From Actinomycetota bacterium (GTDB lineage: Bacteria > Actinomycetota > Thermoleophilia > Solirubrobacterales > 70-9): a stretch of 64,000 bases of DNA. Each line of letters begins with the position of its first letter. The first letter of the stretch is position 1. A program made the position numbers and the translations under genes. The notes under the pieces are model-generated. The model made no database searches. It was not told where the DNA came from and saw nothing but the letters and a program-made list of their open reading frames with translations. Shown here in pieces: positions 13,180 to 23,206 of the stretch. Where the stretch lies: the NCBI GenBank assembly GCA_038040285.1, contig JBBPIN010000010.1, forward strand, positions 2,293 to 66,292. Direction: 5' to 3'.

Positions 13180-14163
13180 ATGACGGAGTTAGTGGCGCGA
13201 CTACAAAGCGGAGCCGCCGGCATGAGAATGCAGGGCGTGTTCGAACGCACGACGTGGCCGCTGCGCAAACTCGTCTGGCTGATCGAGGAGAAGGTCCTCT
13301 GGCCGCTGGCGGACGCGTTTCGCAACTGGACCGGCCGTTCGTTCGCCCACACGCAGGTGGAACCCGCCCCAGAGCCGCTCGACGAAGTCGGCCCGCAGCC
13401 GCTCGAGGCGGCCACCGCACAATCGCTCGAGGGCGCCGCGGGGACGGTCGACCGCCGCATCTTCCCGCGCATGCGGGATCGTTTCCGGAATCGTCTCGGC
13501 ACCTCCGGCCGCGACGTCTTTGTCGTCCTTGGGACGGTCGCGGTGGCGCTCGGCGTCGGGATTGGCGTCGTGGCGATCACGGGTCCGCACGGCAGCGCAC
13601 CGGCCACTGACTCCGCGCCGACTTCGGCCGCAAGCGCGCCGGCGACCACACCTACAAACGCCGCTACCGCAGCGCAGACCGCGGCCGCCCAGACCCCGAG
13701 CCTTCAGGGGGTCTCGCCGAACTTCAAGTCCTCCTCCAAGGCCGCCGGGTCAAACACCGGTGCAGCGACGAAGACGCAAGCCGCGCCGGTTCAGGGGACA
13801 AACGCCAAGCCCTCCTCGATACCGCCCGGTGTGGCCGATGACGCCGCCGCGCTTCACACCGCCCAGGACTTCGCCAGCGCCTTCGTCCTCTATGAGGTCG
13901 GCAAGTCGAACGCGAAGGTCAAGCAGGCCTTCGCGCGCACCGCGACGCCGGCGCTGGCCAGAGCGCTGGGCGATCGGCCGCCGCGCCTGCCCGACTCGGT
14001 CAAGGTGCCAACCGCGAAAGTCCAGAACGTCGTCCTTGGCGCGATGAAGGGCCGCAACATCGAAGCCAGCGTTTCGCTGCTGAGGCTCGGCGAACTCAGC
14101 GAGCTTCGCCTCACGCTCACCCGCCGCCACGGGAACTGGGCCGTCAGCGAGGTGCGCGGGTGA
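13180..14163 (+). CDS. Hypothetical single-pass membrane protein with an Ala/Thr/Pro-rich linker
   Basis: 327-aa ORF with one predicted TM segment (VFVVLGTVAVALGVGIGVVAI). Its stop overlaps the next gene's start (GTGA). I recognise no family. Confidence 0.6.
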   Translation: MTELVARLQSGAAGMRMQGVFERTTWPLRKLVWLIEEKVLWPLADAFRNWTGRSFAHTQVEPAPEPLDEVGPQPLEAATAQSLEGAAGTVDRRIFPRMRDRFRNRLGTSGRDVFVVLGTVAVALGVGIGVVAITGPHGSAPATDSAPTSAASAPATTPTNAATAAQTAAAQTPSLQGVSPNFKSSSKAAGSNTGAATKTQAAPVQGTNAKPSSIPPGVADDAAALHTAQDFASAFVLYEVGKSNAKVKQAFARTATPALARALGDRPPRLPDSVKVPTAKVQNVVLGAMKGRNIEASVSLLRLGELSELRLTLTRRHGNWAVSEVRG

Positions 14164-15842
14164 GGCGCCTTCGGATCGCCCTGGCCACTGGGGCGATCGC
14201 AGTGACGATGGCCCAGGTCGCCTCGGCCGCGGACCCCGCGACCACAACCACGACGACTGCGGAAACGCCGACGCCGCCCGCCGGCACCCCGCCGCCGCCG
14301 CCGACCGGGGTCACGGTCACTCCGACGCCCGTCCCGCCGGCCCCCACCACGCCCAGCCCGCCGAAGCCCGGCGGCCAGGGTGGCAAACCGGGGTCTTCCG
14401 GTAGCGGCGGGAACCACCAGGGCGGGTCGAAGCAGAGCGGCCACAAGGGCGACGGGAAGGGCAACGCAAACGGCAAGCAGGGCGCCACGAACGACACCAC
14501 CGGAGGGGCCGCCGTGCCTCCCAGCGGGTCTGCCTTCGGCAGCCTCGCGCTGTCGGGGTTGGCGCCCACGTCGTGCACCACGGGAGCAAGCGCTCCCCTC
14601 TACCTGCTGCCGATCTACCAACAGGCCTCGGACGCCTATGGGCTCGGCCCCCAGGGGCCCGGCGTGCTTGCAGCGATCAACGGGATCGAGAGCGGCTTCG
14701 GCGCCAATCTGGGCCCATCTTCCGCCGGAGCGGTGGGCTGGATGCAGTTCATGCCGTCCACCTGGGCGACCTATGGGGTCGACGCCAACGGCGACGGCAA
14801 GGCCGACCCCAACGACCCTCAGGACGCGATCTTCTCAGCGGCGCGCTACCTCCAGGCCGCTGGCATGCCCGTCGACACCCCGGGCGCGATCTTCGCCTAT
14901 AACCACGCCGATTGGTACGTCGCGGAGGTGCTCGCCAACGCGGGTTGTTACGGCGGCTCGGTCGGCACCTTCGGGCTGACGTCCGGGATCCAGCAGATGA
15001 CCTGTAAGCCGGCGCCCAACGTGAAGGTGCCGCTGTACTACATGCAGGCCTTCGAGGACGCGGCCGGCCGCTTCGATCTCGGCGAGCGCGGCGTCTGGGC
15101 ACTCGCCGCCGTCGCTCGCCTGGAGTCCGACTTCGGCCACAGCATGACCCCCGAGCAGATCCTGCGATCGGGCCCGCTGGGCCTCGACCGCGACGAGTGG
15201 AACCGCTTCGAGATCGACGGCGATGGCGACGGTCGAATCGAGCACGTCAGCGTCGGTGACTCGGCGGCCACGCTTGCGCGCGAGATCTGGTCGCGTGGCA
15301 GCCTCCAGGCCGGCCTGTTCCTGCACAACCAGGCGGAGTGGTACGTGCAGCAGGTCCTCGACCAGGCCGATCAAATTGCCGGCCACTGCAGCACGCAGAC
15401 CGCCGACTGGAGCGTCGCCCTGCCTGCCGCGACCTCGGCGCCGATCAACTGGACGAACCTGACCCTCTCCAACGGGCTGGAGCTCCGCGACATCCAGGCC
15501 GGCGCCGTCGACCCCCGCATCATGGGCCTGCTCGGGATGATCACCCAGAGCCACAAGGTGACCATCACGGCGCTGCGCTCCGACCACTCCGAGTTCACCA
15601 GCGAAGGAAATGTCTCCAACCACTTCTTCGGGCGGGCGATGGACATCGGCGCGGTCGACGGGGTCTCCTGCACCGACACGGCGCCGAATGCTCCCTGCGG
15701 CGAGCTCGGTCGCACGCTGGCCCAGCTCACCGGTCCGATGTACCCAACCGAGCTGATCTACTGCTTCGACCTCGACGGTCCGGGCCCCGCGTTCGCGCGC
15801 TCTGACCACTGCGACCACGTCCACGTCGGCTTCGACGGATAG
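14160..15842 (+). CDS. Secreted multidomain cell-wall hydrolase (two lytic-transglycosylase-like domains plus a LAS/VanY-like metallopeptidase domain)
   Basis: Signal peptide and a Pro/Thr-rich linker. First module: NGIESGFG...GWMQFMPSTW...ADWYVAEVL. A second, degenerate copy: LESDFGH...AEWYVQQVL. C-terminal SNHFFGRAMDI and DHVHV motifs follow the H-x-D / H-x-H zinc pattern. Confidence 0.75.
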   Translation: MRRLRIALATGAIAVTMAQVASAADPATTTTTTAETPTPPAGTPPPPPTGVTVTPTPVPPAPTTPSPPKPGGQGGKPGSSGSGGNHQGGSKQSGHKGDGKGNANGKQGATNDTTGGAAVPPSGSAFGSLALSGLAPTSCTTGASAPLYLLPIYQQASDAYGLGPQGPGVLAAINGIESGFGANLGPSSAGAVGWMQFMPSTWATYGVDANGDGKADPNDPQDAIFSAARYLQAAGMPVDTPGAIFAYNHADWYVAEVLANAGCYGGSVGTFGLTSGIQQMTCKPAPNVKVPLYYMQAFEDAAGRFDLGERGVWALAAVARLESDFGHSMTPEQILRSGPLGLDRDEWNRFEIDGDGDGRIEHVSVGDSAATLAREIWSRGSLQAGLFLHNQAEWYVQQVLDQADQIAGHCSTQTADWSVALPAATSAPINWTNLTLSNGLELRDIQAGAVDPRIMGLLGMITQSHKVTITALRSDHSEFTSEGNVSNHFFGRAMDIGAVDGVSCTDTAPNAPCGELGRTLAQLTGPMYPTELIYCFDLDGPGPAFARSDHCDHVHVGFDG

Positions 15843-15870
15843 ACCGGCGCGCGGACTCTGATCGCGGCGG

Positions 15871-16512
15871 CTACCGGGCGCTGCGGATCGGCGTGCTGCC
15901 GGAGAGCGGATAGACCGGGAGGTCGAGCCGGCGACGAAGCTCCGCGACCAGGGTGCGGGCATCCCCTACCCCCTCGCCCTCCGGAAGCCCAACGATCACC
16001 TCGTCGGCGGCGAACTGGCGCAGCGTGTCCTCGACCGCCTGCAGGGGATCGGGATCACCGACCGCACCACGCGCCTCCACCTCGGCGGCGGCGAGCGCTC
16101 CGACGGTAAGCACCAGCTTGCGCTGCGCGTCGAGGCGCGAGCGTCCGACGTCGGAAGCCCAGTGCGAGAGCGGTGTGTTGAAGGCTGGAGCGAGGACCAG
16201 CACCTCCGCGTCCTCATCAGCGCGGGCGCGCGCCGCTGCGCGGACGCTCTCGACCGCGTCCGGTTGATCGACCGGCTCGATCGCCACCAACAGAAGGCGG
16301 CGGCGGCGGTCGCCGGCATCGGCGACCTCGATCGGCTCGTCCGGCCGCTGGGCCGCGGCAACCACGAGCAGGATCGCGACGGCGAGGGCACCGATCGCGA
16401 GGCCGAGCCCCGGACCGGCGACGATGAAACCGACCGACCCGGGCACGACAAGGGCGATCACGATCAACGGCAGCATCCACGCCTTGATCGTCAGATTCGT
16501 CCTCCCCGTCAT
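15871..16512 (-). CDS. Hypothetical membrane protein with a cytoplasmic USP-like/alpha-beta domain
   Basis: Internal ATG 16512 (MTGRTNLTIKAWMLPLIVIAL...) avoids overlap with the upstream methyltransferase gene. Two N-terminal TM segments. Confidence 0.55.
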   Translation of the reverse strand: MTGRTNLTIKAWMLPLIVIALVVPGSVGFIVAGPGLGLAIGALAVAILLVVAAAQRPDEPIEVADAGDRRRRLLLVAIEPVDQPDAVESVRAAARARADEDAEVLVLAPAFNTPLSHWASDVGRSRLDAQRKLVLTVGALAAAEVEARGAVGDPDPLQAVEDTLRQFAADEVIVGLPEGEGVGDARTLVAELRRRLDLPVYPLSGSTPIRSAR

Positions 16513-16541
16513 GGTCCGAGGGTACCCCGATGCGGGCGGGA

Positions 16542-17180
16542 CTACGTGGGGGCGATCGGACGGGCGATGCCCCGGATCAGCGGCTTGACGATCGGGGGGT
16601 TGGTTCCGGGCATCACGTCCGTCTGAAGCGCCGAGACGTCGAAGCTGGCGCTCAGCGTCGCCGCTGTGTCGCGATTGGGATGGCAGCCGCCGGCGACCCA
16701 CCCCCAGGGCCGATCGAGGCGATCCTGCCAACGGGCGCGGCTGCTGCCCTGCTCGTCGCGAACGTGCTCGATCGACAGCAACTCGCCGTCAGGCCTAAGG
16801 ACGCGGGCCAGCTCGGAGACCGTGCGGGCGGGCTCCTGGACGGTGCAGAACACCAGGGTGGCGACGATCGTGTCGAAGCTGTGGTCGGGGAATGGAAGCT
16901 GCTCCCCGGACACCTCGGCCACCTGGAGTTCGAACGGACGCTGCAGCTCCGCGGCACGTCGCCGCAGGCGCTTGGCCATGTGGGGATCGGGTTCTGTGAG
17001 CACCAGCTCGCCGACCCGATCGGTGTAGTGGACCAGGTTGAGGCCGGTGCCCGCCCCAAGCTCCAGAACCCTCCCGTGCGCCCCGGCCAGCAGCTCCGCG
17101 CGCATCTCGCGCAGGCCGGCTCGCTCGTTGCCTGCCAGCACGCGGTCGTAGATCGCCGCGACAATCGGATGACCGGACAT
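16542..17180 (-). CDS. Class I SAM-dependent methyltransferase
   Basis: Motif I VLELGAGTGLN and the downstream FDTIVATLVF pattern. Confidence 0.8.
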   Translation of the reverse strand: MSGHPIVAAIYDRVLAGNERAGLREMRAELLAGAHGRVLELGAGTGLNLVHYTDRVGELVLTEPDPHMAKRLRRRAAELQRPFELQVAEVSGEQLPFPDHSFDTIVATLVFCTVQEPARTVSELARVLRPDGELLSIEHVRDEQGSSRARWQDRLDRPWGWVAGGCHPNRDTAATLSASFDVSALQTDVMPGTNPPIVKPLIRGIARPIAPT

Positions 17181-17249
17181 GACTTGCCAAGGCTCGCATA
17201 ACGTGCAACAAAGTAAGGGTGCGACTGATCACCCTCGGAGAGGAGAAAC

Positions 17250-17531
17250 ATGGCCCTATTCGTGATGCTTACCAACCTGACCCCGGACGGCGTGAAGACG
17301 CTGAAGAGCAATCCCAACCGGGTCGGCGAGGTCAATAAAGAGGTGGAGCAGATCGGCGCCAAGGTGGTTGCCCAGTACGCGACGCTTGGTCAATACGACT
17401 TTGTGACCATCGTCGAGGCACCCGACGAGAAGACGATGGCGAAGGTCTCGGTCGAGCTGGGTTCCCGCGGCACGATGTCGAGCCAGACGATGGCGGCGAT
17501 GCAATCGGACGAGCTCGCCTCGGCGCTATAG
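17250..17531 (+). CDS. GYD domain-containing protein
   Basis: 93 aa with a GGAGAGGAGA ribosome-binding site. Contains the [14 protein letters not shown] signature of the GYD family. Confidence 0.8.
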   Translation: MALFVMLTNLTPDGVKTLKSNPNRVGEVNKEVEQIGAKVVAQYATLGQYDFVTIVEAPDEKTMAKVSVELGSRGTMSSQTMAAMQSDELASAL

Positions 17532-17544
17532 GCAACCGGTCCGC

Positions 17545-18819
17545 TTGCGGGTACTCGTAGTCGGCGGAGGCGGTCGCGAGCACGCGATCGTCCGCGCGCT
17601 GCGGCGCTCGCCGCAGTCCCCAGAGCTGCTCTGCGCGCCCGGCAACGCCGGGATCGCTGCCGATGCGACCTGCCTCGACGAGGTCGGCGCCGGGGACGTC
17701 GACGCAATCGTCTCCGCCGCGAGATCCAACGACGTCGGCCTGGTCGTCGTCGGCCCCGAGGCCCCGCTGGTCGCCGGGGCCGTTGATGCGCTCGAGCAGG
17801 CCGGGATCGCCGCCTTCGGGCCGAGCGCCGGGGCAGCGAGGTTGGAGGGCTCGAAGGCCTTCGCCAAGCAGTTGATGGCCGAGGCGGGTGTCCCAACCGC
17901 CTCGCACACGATCCTGCGCGATCGCGACGAGGCCCTCCAGCACCTCTCGTGCACTCCCTATCCCTCGGTGCTGAAGGCCGACGGTCTGGCGGCGGGCAAG
18001 GGAGTGATCATCTGCCAAAGCGAGGCCGATGCTCGCGAAGCGGTCGAGGTCTTCTTCACCGAACAGCGCTTCGGTACGACCGAGGTGGTGCTGGAGGAGT
18101 TTCTGGAGGGCGAGGAGCTGTCGCTGCTGGCCCTCTGCGACGGTGAGAACGTCGTCCCGCTGGCGCCGGCCCAGGACTACAAGCGCATCTTCGACGGCGA
18201 CGAGGGCCCGAACACCGGTGGAATGGGCAGCTACTCGCCGGTTCCGGGGATCGACGCGGAACGCGTCGAGGAGATCGCCGACTCGGTTCACCGGCCGATC
18301 GTCGAGCTGATGGCGCGGCGAGGCGATCCGTTTCGCGGCGTGCTCTACGCGGGCCTGATGCTGACCGCCGACGGCCCGCGGGTGCTGGAGTTCAACGTGC
18401 GCTTCGGCGACCCCGAGACCCAGGCGGTGCTGCCACGGCTGCGCTCCGACCTGCTTGACCTGTGCCTGGCCTGCCGGGAACCGGGCGGATTGGCCGGCTC
18501 CGCCGCCTCCTTCACCGACGACTGGGCGGTGACAGTCGTGCTCGCCTCGGCCGGCTACCCGGAGTCGTCGTCGAAGGGCGACGCGATCTCCGGGCTCGAC
18601 GAGGCGGCGGCGATCGCCGAGGTGATTCACGCGGGCACGGCCCAGCGCGACGGCGAGATCGTCACCGCGGGCGGCAGGGTGCTGAACGTGACCGGGCTCA
18701 GGCCGACCCCGGCCGACGCCCGCAAACGGGCGTACGATGCGGCGCGCCGGATCAGCTTCGACGGCATGCAGATGCGCTCGGACATCGCGGCGCGAGCGGT
18801 TGAGCGCGTCGCTGGCTAG
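17545..18819 (+). CDS. purD: Phosphoribosylamine--glycine ligase
   Basis: 424 aa with a TTG start. [14 protein letters not shown]-terminus and ATP-grasp core. Confidence 0.95.
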   Translation: MRVLVVGGGGREHAIVRALRRSPQSPELLCAPGNAGIAADATCLDEVGAGDVDAIVSAARSNDVGLVVVGPEAPLVAGAVDALEQAGIAAFGPSAGAARLEGSKAFAKQLMAEAGVPTASHTILRDRDEALQHLSCTPYPSVLKADGLAAGKGVIICQSEADAREAVEVFFTEQRFGTTEVVLEEFLEGEELSLLALCDGENVVPLAPAQDYKRIFDGDEGPNTGGMGSYSPVPGIDAERVEEIADSVHRPIVELMARRGDPFRGVLYAGLMLTADGPRVLEFNVRFGDPETQAVLPRLRSDLLDLCLACREPGGLAGSAASFTDDWAVTVVLASAGYPESSSKGDAISGLDEAAAIAEVIHAGTAQRDGEIVTAGGRVLNVTGLRPTPADARKRAYDAARRISFDGMQMRSDIAARAVERVAG

Positions 18820-18832
18820 AGAGGGAGAGCGG

Positions 18833-19345
18833 ATGGAGATACAGGAGCCCGAGAACGGCGCAGGCGAGCCCGGGATCGCCGAGCCGGCGGCACCGGCGAC
18901 CGCGACTGTTCCGGAGGTCGAGGAGGCCTTCGCGGAGATCGAGGTCGACGCGCCCCTGGTCGGGATCATCATGGGATCCGCCAACGACAAGCCGAAGATG
19001 CAGCCGGCGGGCGAGGCTCTGCACGAGGCCCGGATCCGCTACGAGGTGCGGGTGATGAGCGCCCACCGCGACCCCGAACAGGTGCGCGAGTACTGCCACA
19101 ACGCACGCATGCGGGGGCTGAAGGTGATCATCGCGGGGGCCGGCATGTCGGCGGCGCTGCCCGGGGTCGCCGCGGCACATTCGGATCTGCCGGTGATCGC
19201 GGTGCCGATCTCCGGAAAGAACCTCGGCGGCCTCGACGCTCTTCTGTCGGCCGTGCAGATGCCGCCCGGTGTTCCGGTCGGCTGCGTGGCGATCGACGGA
19301 GCAAGGAACGCCGGACTGCTCGCGGCCCGGATAATCAACGCGTGA
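18833..19345 (+). CDS. purE: 5-(carboxyamino)imidazole ribonucleotide mutase
   Basis: GIIMGSANDK and SAHR motifs. ATG 18833 follows GAGGGAGAG. There is an acidic extension of about 40 aa before the core. Confidence 0.9.
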   Translation: MEIQEPENGAGEPGIAEPAAPATATVPEVEEAFAEIEVDAPLVGIIMGSANDKPKMQPAGEALHEARIRYEVRVMSAHRDPEQVREYCHNARMRGLKVIIAGAGMSAALPGVAAAHSDLPVIAVPISGKNLGGLDALLSAVQMPPGVPVGCVAIDGARNAGLLAARIINA

Positions 19346-20625
19346 TAGCGCGCTACACGCGTGAGCAGATCGGGGCGGCGTGGACCCAGCAACGCCGCAT
19401 GGAGACTTGGCTTGCGGTGGAGCTGGCCGCCACCGACGCCTGGGCCGAGGAGGGAGCGGTCCCCCGCGAGGCCGCCACCGCCTGCCGGTCCAACGCCTCT
19501 TTCACCGTCGAGGCCGTGGAGGAGCGCGAGAAGGTCACCGACCACGACGTGGCGGCATTCGTCGACGTGGTCGCCGAGTCGATCGGGCCCGAGGGCCGCT
19601 GGGTTCACTACGGCCTCACCTCGTCAGACGTCCTCGACACCGCGCTGGCGCTGCAGATTTCCGAGGCCGGGCTGATCCTGCTGCATGGTGCGACGGCCTA
19701 TCGCGACGCCCTGGTCCGCCGGGCGTTCGAGCATCGCGACACCCTGTGCGTGGGACGGACCCACGGAGTGCACGCCGAGCCGACCACCTTCGGGCTGCGG
19801 CTCGCCGGCTTCGCCTTCGAGGCCGACCGCAACCTGAAGCGGCTGAGCTCAGCGATCGAGGGAGCTGCGGTGGGAAAGCTCTCCGGCGCGGTCGGGTCCT
19901 ACGCATCGATTCCGCCATCGGTGGAGGCGCGGGTGATGGAGGCGCTCGGCCTGCGCCGCGAGGACGTCTCGACCCAGGTCGTGCCGCGCGACCGCCATGC
20001 TGAGCTGCTCTCCGCGATCGCCCTCGCGGGGGCCGGCATCGAGCGCTTCGCGACCGAGGTGCGAAACCTCCAGCGCACCGAGCTGCGCGAGGTGGCGGAG
20101 CCGTTCGGCGCCGGCCAGAAGGGCTCCTCGGCGATGCCGCACAAGCGAAACCCGATCGTCTCCGAACGGCTCTCCGGCCTGGCACGCGTCCTGCGCGGCT
20201 ACGCGCAAACCGGACTCGAGAATGTGGCGCTCTGGCACGAGCGCGACATCTCGCACTCCGGCGCCGAGCGGGTGGTCCTGCCCGACGCCACGATCCTGCT
20301 CGACTACATGCAATATGCGGCGGCGCGAATCGTCGAGGAGATGACCGTCGACACGGAGCGCATGCGCGCCAACGTCGAACTCACCCACGGGGCGCTGTTC
20401 AGCCAGCGGGCACTGACCGCGCTGGTCGAGTCGGGCATGGGCCGCGACGATGCCTACCGGGTCGTCCAGCGCGCTGCCCAGCGCGCCTTCGACGAGGGGG
20501 TCGAGTTCCGCGAGCTGATCGCGGCGGAGGCGCCGGATCTCGATCTCGATGCGGTGTGCGACTACGGCGCCTACCTGCGCCACGTCCCCGAGGTGTTCGA
20601 GCGCCTCGAGGCGTTGCGCGGCTAA
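19342..20625 (+). CDS. purB: Adenylosuccinate lyase
   Basis: 427 aa. Fumarate-lyase signature GSSAMPHKRNP. GTGA overlap with purE. Confidence 0.95.
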   Translation: MIARYTREQIGAAWTQQRRMETWLAVELAATDAWAEEGAVPREAATACRSNASFTVEAVEEREKVTDHDVAAFVDVVAESIGPEGRWVHYGLTSSDVLDTALALQISEAGLILLHGATAYRDALVRRAFEHRDTLCVGRTHGVHAEPTTFGLRLAGFAFEADRNLKRLSSAIEGAAVGKLSGAVGSYASIPPSVEARVMEALGLRREDVSTQVVPRDRHAELLSAIALAGAGIERFATEVRNLQRTELREVAEPFGAGQKGSSAMPHKRNPIVSERLSGLARVLRGYAQTGLENVALWHERDISHSGAERVVLPDATILLDYMQYAAARIVEEMTVDTERMRANVELTHGALFSQRALTALVESGMGRDDAYRVVQRAAQRAFDEGVEFRELIAAEAPDLDLDAVCDYGAYLRHVPEVFERLEALRG

Positions 20626-20670
20626 GCCGCGAGATAGTCCTGGAAAGTCCCGATTTTCGGGTTGTGCTGC

Positions 20671-20697
20671 GGTGGCAACCCGCGTAGGGTTGCCGCC
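20671..20697 (+). terminator. GC-rich hairpin downstream of purB (possible intrinsic terminator)
   Basis: Stem GGCAACCC / GGGTTGCC extendable to about 11 bp, loop GCGTA, 46 nt after the purB stop. The following T-tract is weak. Confidence 0.4.
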
Positions 20698-20863
20698 TTC
20701 CGATGGGGCTAATGCGCCGGCGTCCAACCGTCTCGACCCTTATGGCCGTGACGGTAGGGGCGCTGGCCGCTGCGCTGCTCACCCCGGCGACAAGCGGGGC
20801 GGTGACCCGGTGAAGCTGAAGCCCTGAGCCGCACCGCCGACAGGCGCCGAACCTGCCCGCGGC

Positions 20864-22234
20864 TCAGGCGTAGGCAGCCGCGGCCGCGGCGCGTCTCTCG
20901 ACGAGCACGACGGGCGTGCCGCGGCTCGGCGAAAAGGTGATGTTGCGGCGCTTGATCCCTTCCGCCTCCTCGCTCGCAGCCTGAAGCTCGCAGCGGCCGA
21001 GGACCTCCGCCAGCACGATCCGCATCTCGAACTCGGCGAAGCTCGCGCCGAGGCAACGACGGACGCCGCCGCCGAAGGGGATCCAGGAGTAGGTCTCCAG
21101 GTCTCCGTCGAGAAAGCGCTCCGGCTTGAAGCTGTGGGGCTCGGGATAGAGGTCGGGACGGGTATGGGTGAGATAGATCGCGGGGCTGATGTCGGCGCCG
21201 GCGGGCAACGTGTAGCCGTCGACCTCGATCTCGTGGGCGGTCCGCCTGCCGGCGAGCGGGATCACCGGCCGCAGCCGCAGCGATTCGGAGATCACCGCCC
21301 GCAGGTACTCGTCGCCGTCCTCGGCGATCTCGGCGCGCAGCCGCTCCAGCGCCTCCGGGTGGCGCAACAGCAGGTCGAAGGTCCAGGCGAGCGCGGTCGC
21401 GGTCGTCTCATGGCCGGCCAGCAGCAGGGTGACGAGCTGGTCGCGCACCTCCTCATCGCTCATCTCGCTTCCGTCATCGAAGCGCGCGGCGACGAGCATC
21501 GACAGGATGTCGTCGCGCTCGGAGAGGTCAGGATCGGCGCGCCTCGCCGAGATCTCCTCATAGAGCAGCGAATCGACTCCGGCCAGGGTCTTCTCGAAGC
21601 TCCGCCAGGGCCCCCAGCGTCCGAAGCGCTGGCTCGCCAGTCCGATCAGCTGTAGGCCAGGCGATGCGGTCTGGCGCAGGAGCACCGCCAGCGCCTCACG
21701 CATGCGGGCGAGCCGTGCTGTGTCGGTGACCCCGAATACGGCGCGCAGGATCACCTCCAGGGTGACGCTCTGCATACGTGGATGGATGCGGAACTCCTGC
21801 CGCTGCGGCCAGGAGTCGATCTCGCGGTCGATGACCTGCTGGATCACCGACTCGTAGGCGCGCATCCGCTCACCGTGGAAGGCCGGCAGCATCAGCTTGC
21901 GGCGTGCCAAGTGCTCCGACCCCTCGAGCAAGAGGATCGAGCGCGATCCCATCACCGGCTCCAGCGTCGCGTTGCGGCCCGGCGGCATGGTGCTCCCCTT
22001 GTCTGTGTAGACGGCTTTCGTCGCCGCCGGATCGGAGGTCAAGTAGAGCGGCGTCTTGAAGCCGAGAAACCAGATACCGAAGGTCTCGCCGTAGCGGCGG
22101 CGAGCCTCGTCCATGAACTCGATCGGCCGAAAGAACCAGCGCAGCGTCTGTACGGAGGGCCGGCTGGAATGCTGCGGCGGAAGCGTCATGACAGGGAAAG
22201 AATCACACATAGCGGCGATTGGGTGTGTGAGCAA
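20864..22234 (-). CDS. Cytochrome P450
   Basis: Heme-ligand loop FGGGVRRCLGASFA, an ExxR-type ESLRLRP motif and an AGHETT I-helix. The start is ambiguous (TTG 22234, ATG 22210 or ATG 22189). Confidence 0.9.
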   Translation of the reverse strand: MLTHPIAAMCDSFPVMTLPPQHSSRPSVQTLRWFFRPIEFMDEARRRYGETFGIWFLGFKTPLYLTSDPAATKAVYTDKGSTMPPGRNATLEPVMGSRSILLLEGSEHLARRKLMLPAFHGERMRAYESVIQQVIDREIDSWPQRQEFRIHPRMQSVTLEVILRAVFGVTDTARLARMREALAVLLRQTASPGLQLIGLASQRFGRWGPWRSFEKTLAGVDSLLYEEISARRADPDLSERDDILSMLVAARFDDGSEMSDEEVRDQLVTLLLAGHETTATALAWTFDLLLRHPEALERLRAEIAEDGDEYLRAVISESLRLRPVIPLAGRRTAHEIEVDGYTLPAGADISPAIYLTHTRPDLYPEPHSFKPERFLDGDLETYSWIPFGGGVRRCLGASFAEFEMRIVLAEVLGRCELQAASEEAEGIKRRNITFSPSRGTPVVLVERRAAAAAAYA

Positions 22235-22289
22235 CGTCCACGCAGCAAGCGTCTGCCGGGGCCGTTGTTAGCATCGGCGTCGAGCCCCG

Positions 22290-23141
22290 ATGGCCATCGC
22301 GATCGCAGACCTCAAGCACCACTCGACCGGCAAGGTCCGCGAAATGTACGAGCTGGACGGTGACCTGCTGATGGTCGCCTCGGACCGCATCTCGGTCTAC
22401 GACGTGGTGATGCCGACCCCGATCCCCGACAAGGGGAAGGTGTTGACCCAGATGTCGATCTTCTGGTTCGAGATCAGCGGCGACATCGTCCCCAACCACT
22501 TCGTCTCCGAGGACGTCCCGGAGGAGGTCACCGACCGCGCGATCCGTGCCCGCAAGCTCGAGATGTACCCGGTCGAGTGCGTGGTGCGCGGATACCTGTC
22601 GGGCTCCGGCTGGCGCGAGTACCGCGAGTCGGGATCGGTCTGCGAGATAAGGCTTCCCGAGGGGCTGCGCGAGTCGGAGAAGTTGCCCGAACCGATCTTC
22701 ACGCCCGCCACCAAGGCGGAGCTGGGCGACCACGACGAGAACATCGACCTCCGGCGAGCCGCGGAAATCGTCGGTGACCAGGCGCTGATCGAGGAGCTGC
22801 GGCGAATATCGATCGAGCTGTATGAGCGCGCCGCCGAGCACGCGGCGCAGCGCGGCATCATCGTCGCCGACACCAAGTTCGAGTTCGGTAGCTCCGCCGG
22901 TGCCGAGATCGTGCTCGCCGACGAGGTGCTGACCCCGGACTCCTCGCGCTTCTGGCCCGCCGACGAGTACGAGCCGGGGCGCTCGCAGCGCTCCTTCGAC
23001 AAGCAGTTCGTGCGCGACTGGGCCGACGAGACCGGCTGGGACCACACGCCGCCGGCACCCGAGCTGCCCCCCGACGTGGTCGAGCAGACGCGCGGCAAAT
23101 ACGTCGAGGCGTATGAGCGGATCACCGGCCGCGGCCTCTGA
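22290..23141 (+). CDS. purC: SAICAR synthetase
   Basis: 283 aa. GKVREMY and DTKFEFG motifs. Confidence 0.95.
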   Translation: MAIAIADLKHHSTGKVREMYELDGDLLMVASDRISVYDVVMPTPIPDKGKVLTQMSIFWFEISGDIVPNHFVSEDVPEEVTDRAIRARKLEMYPVECVVRGYLSGSGWREYRESGSVCEIRLPEGLRESEKLPEPIFTPATKAELGDHDENIDLRRAAEIVGDQALIEELRRISIELYERAAEHAAQRGIIVADTKFEFGSSAGAEIVLADEVLTPDSSRFWPADEYEPGRSQRSFDKQFVRDWADETGWDHTPPAPELPPDVVEQTRGKYVEAYERITGRGL

Positions 23142-23206
23142 GCGGGCGCCCGTAGGGGCCGGAACACGATCCGGCGCCGCAGGCCGATGAGCGACAATTC
23201 GGGGCG

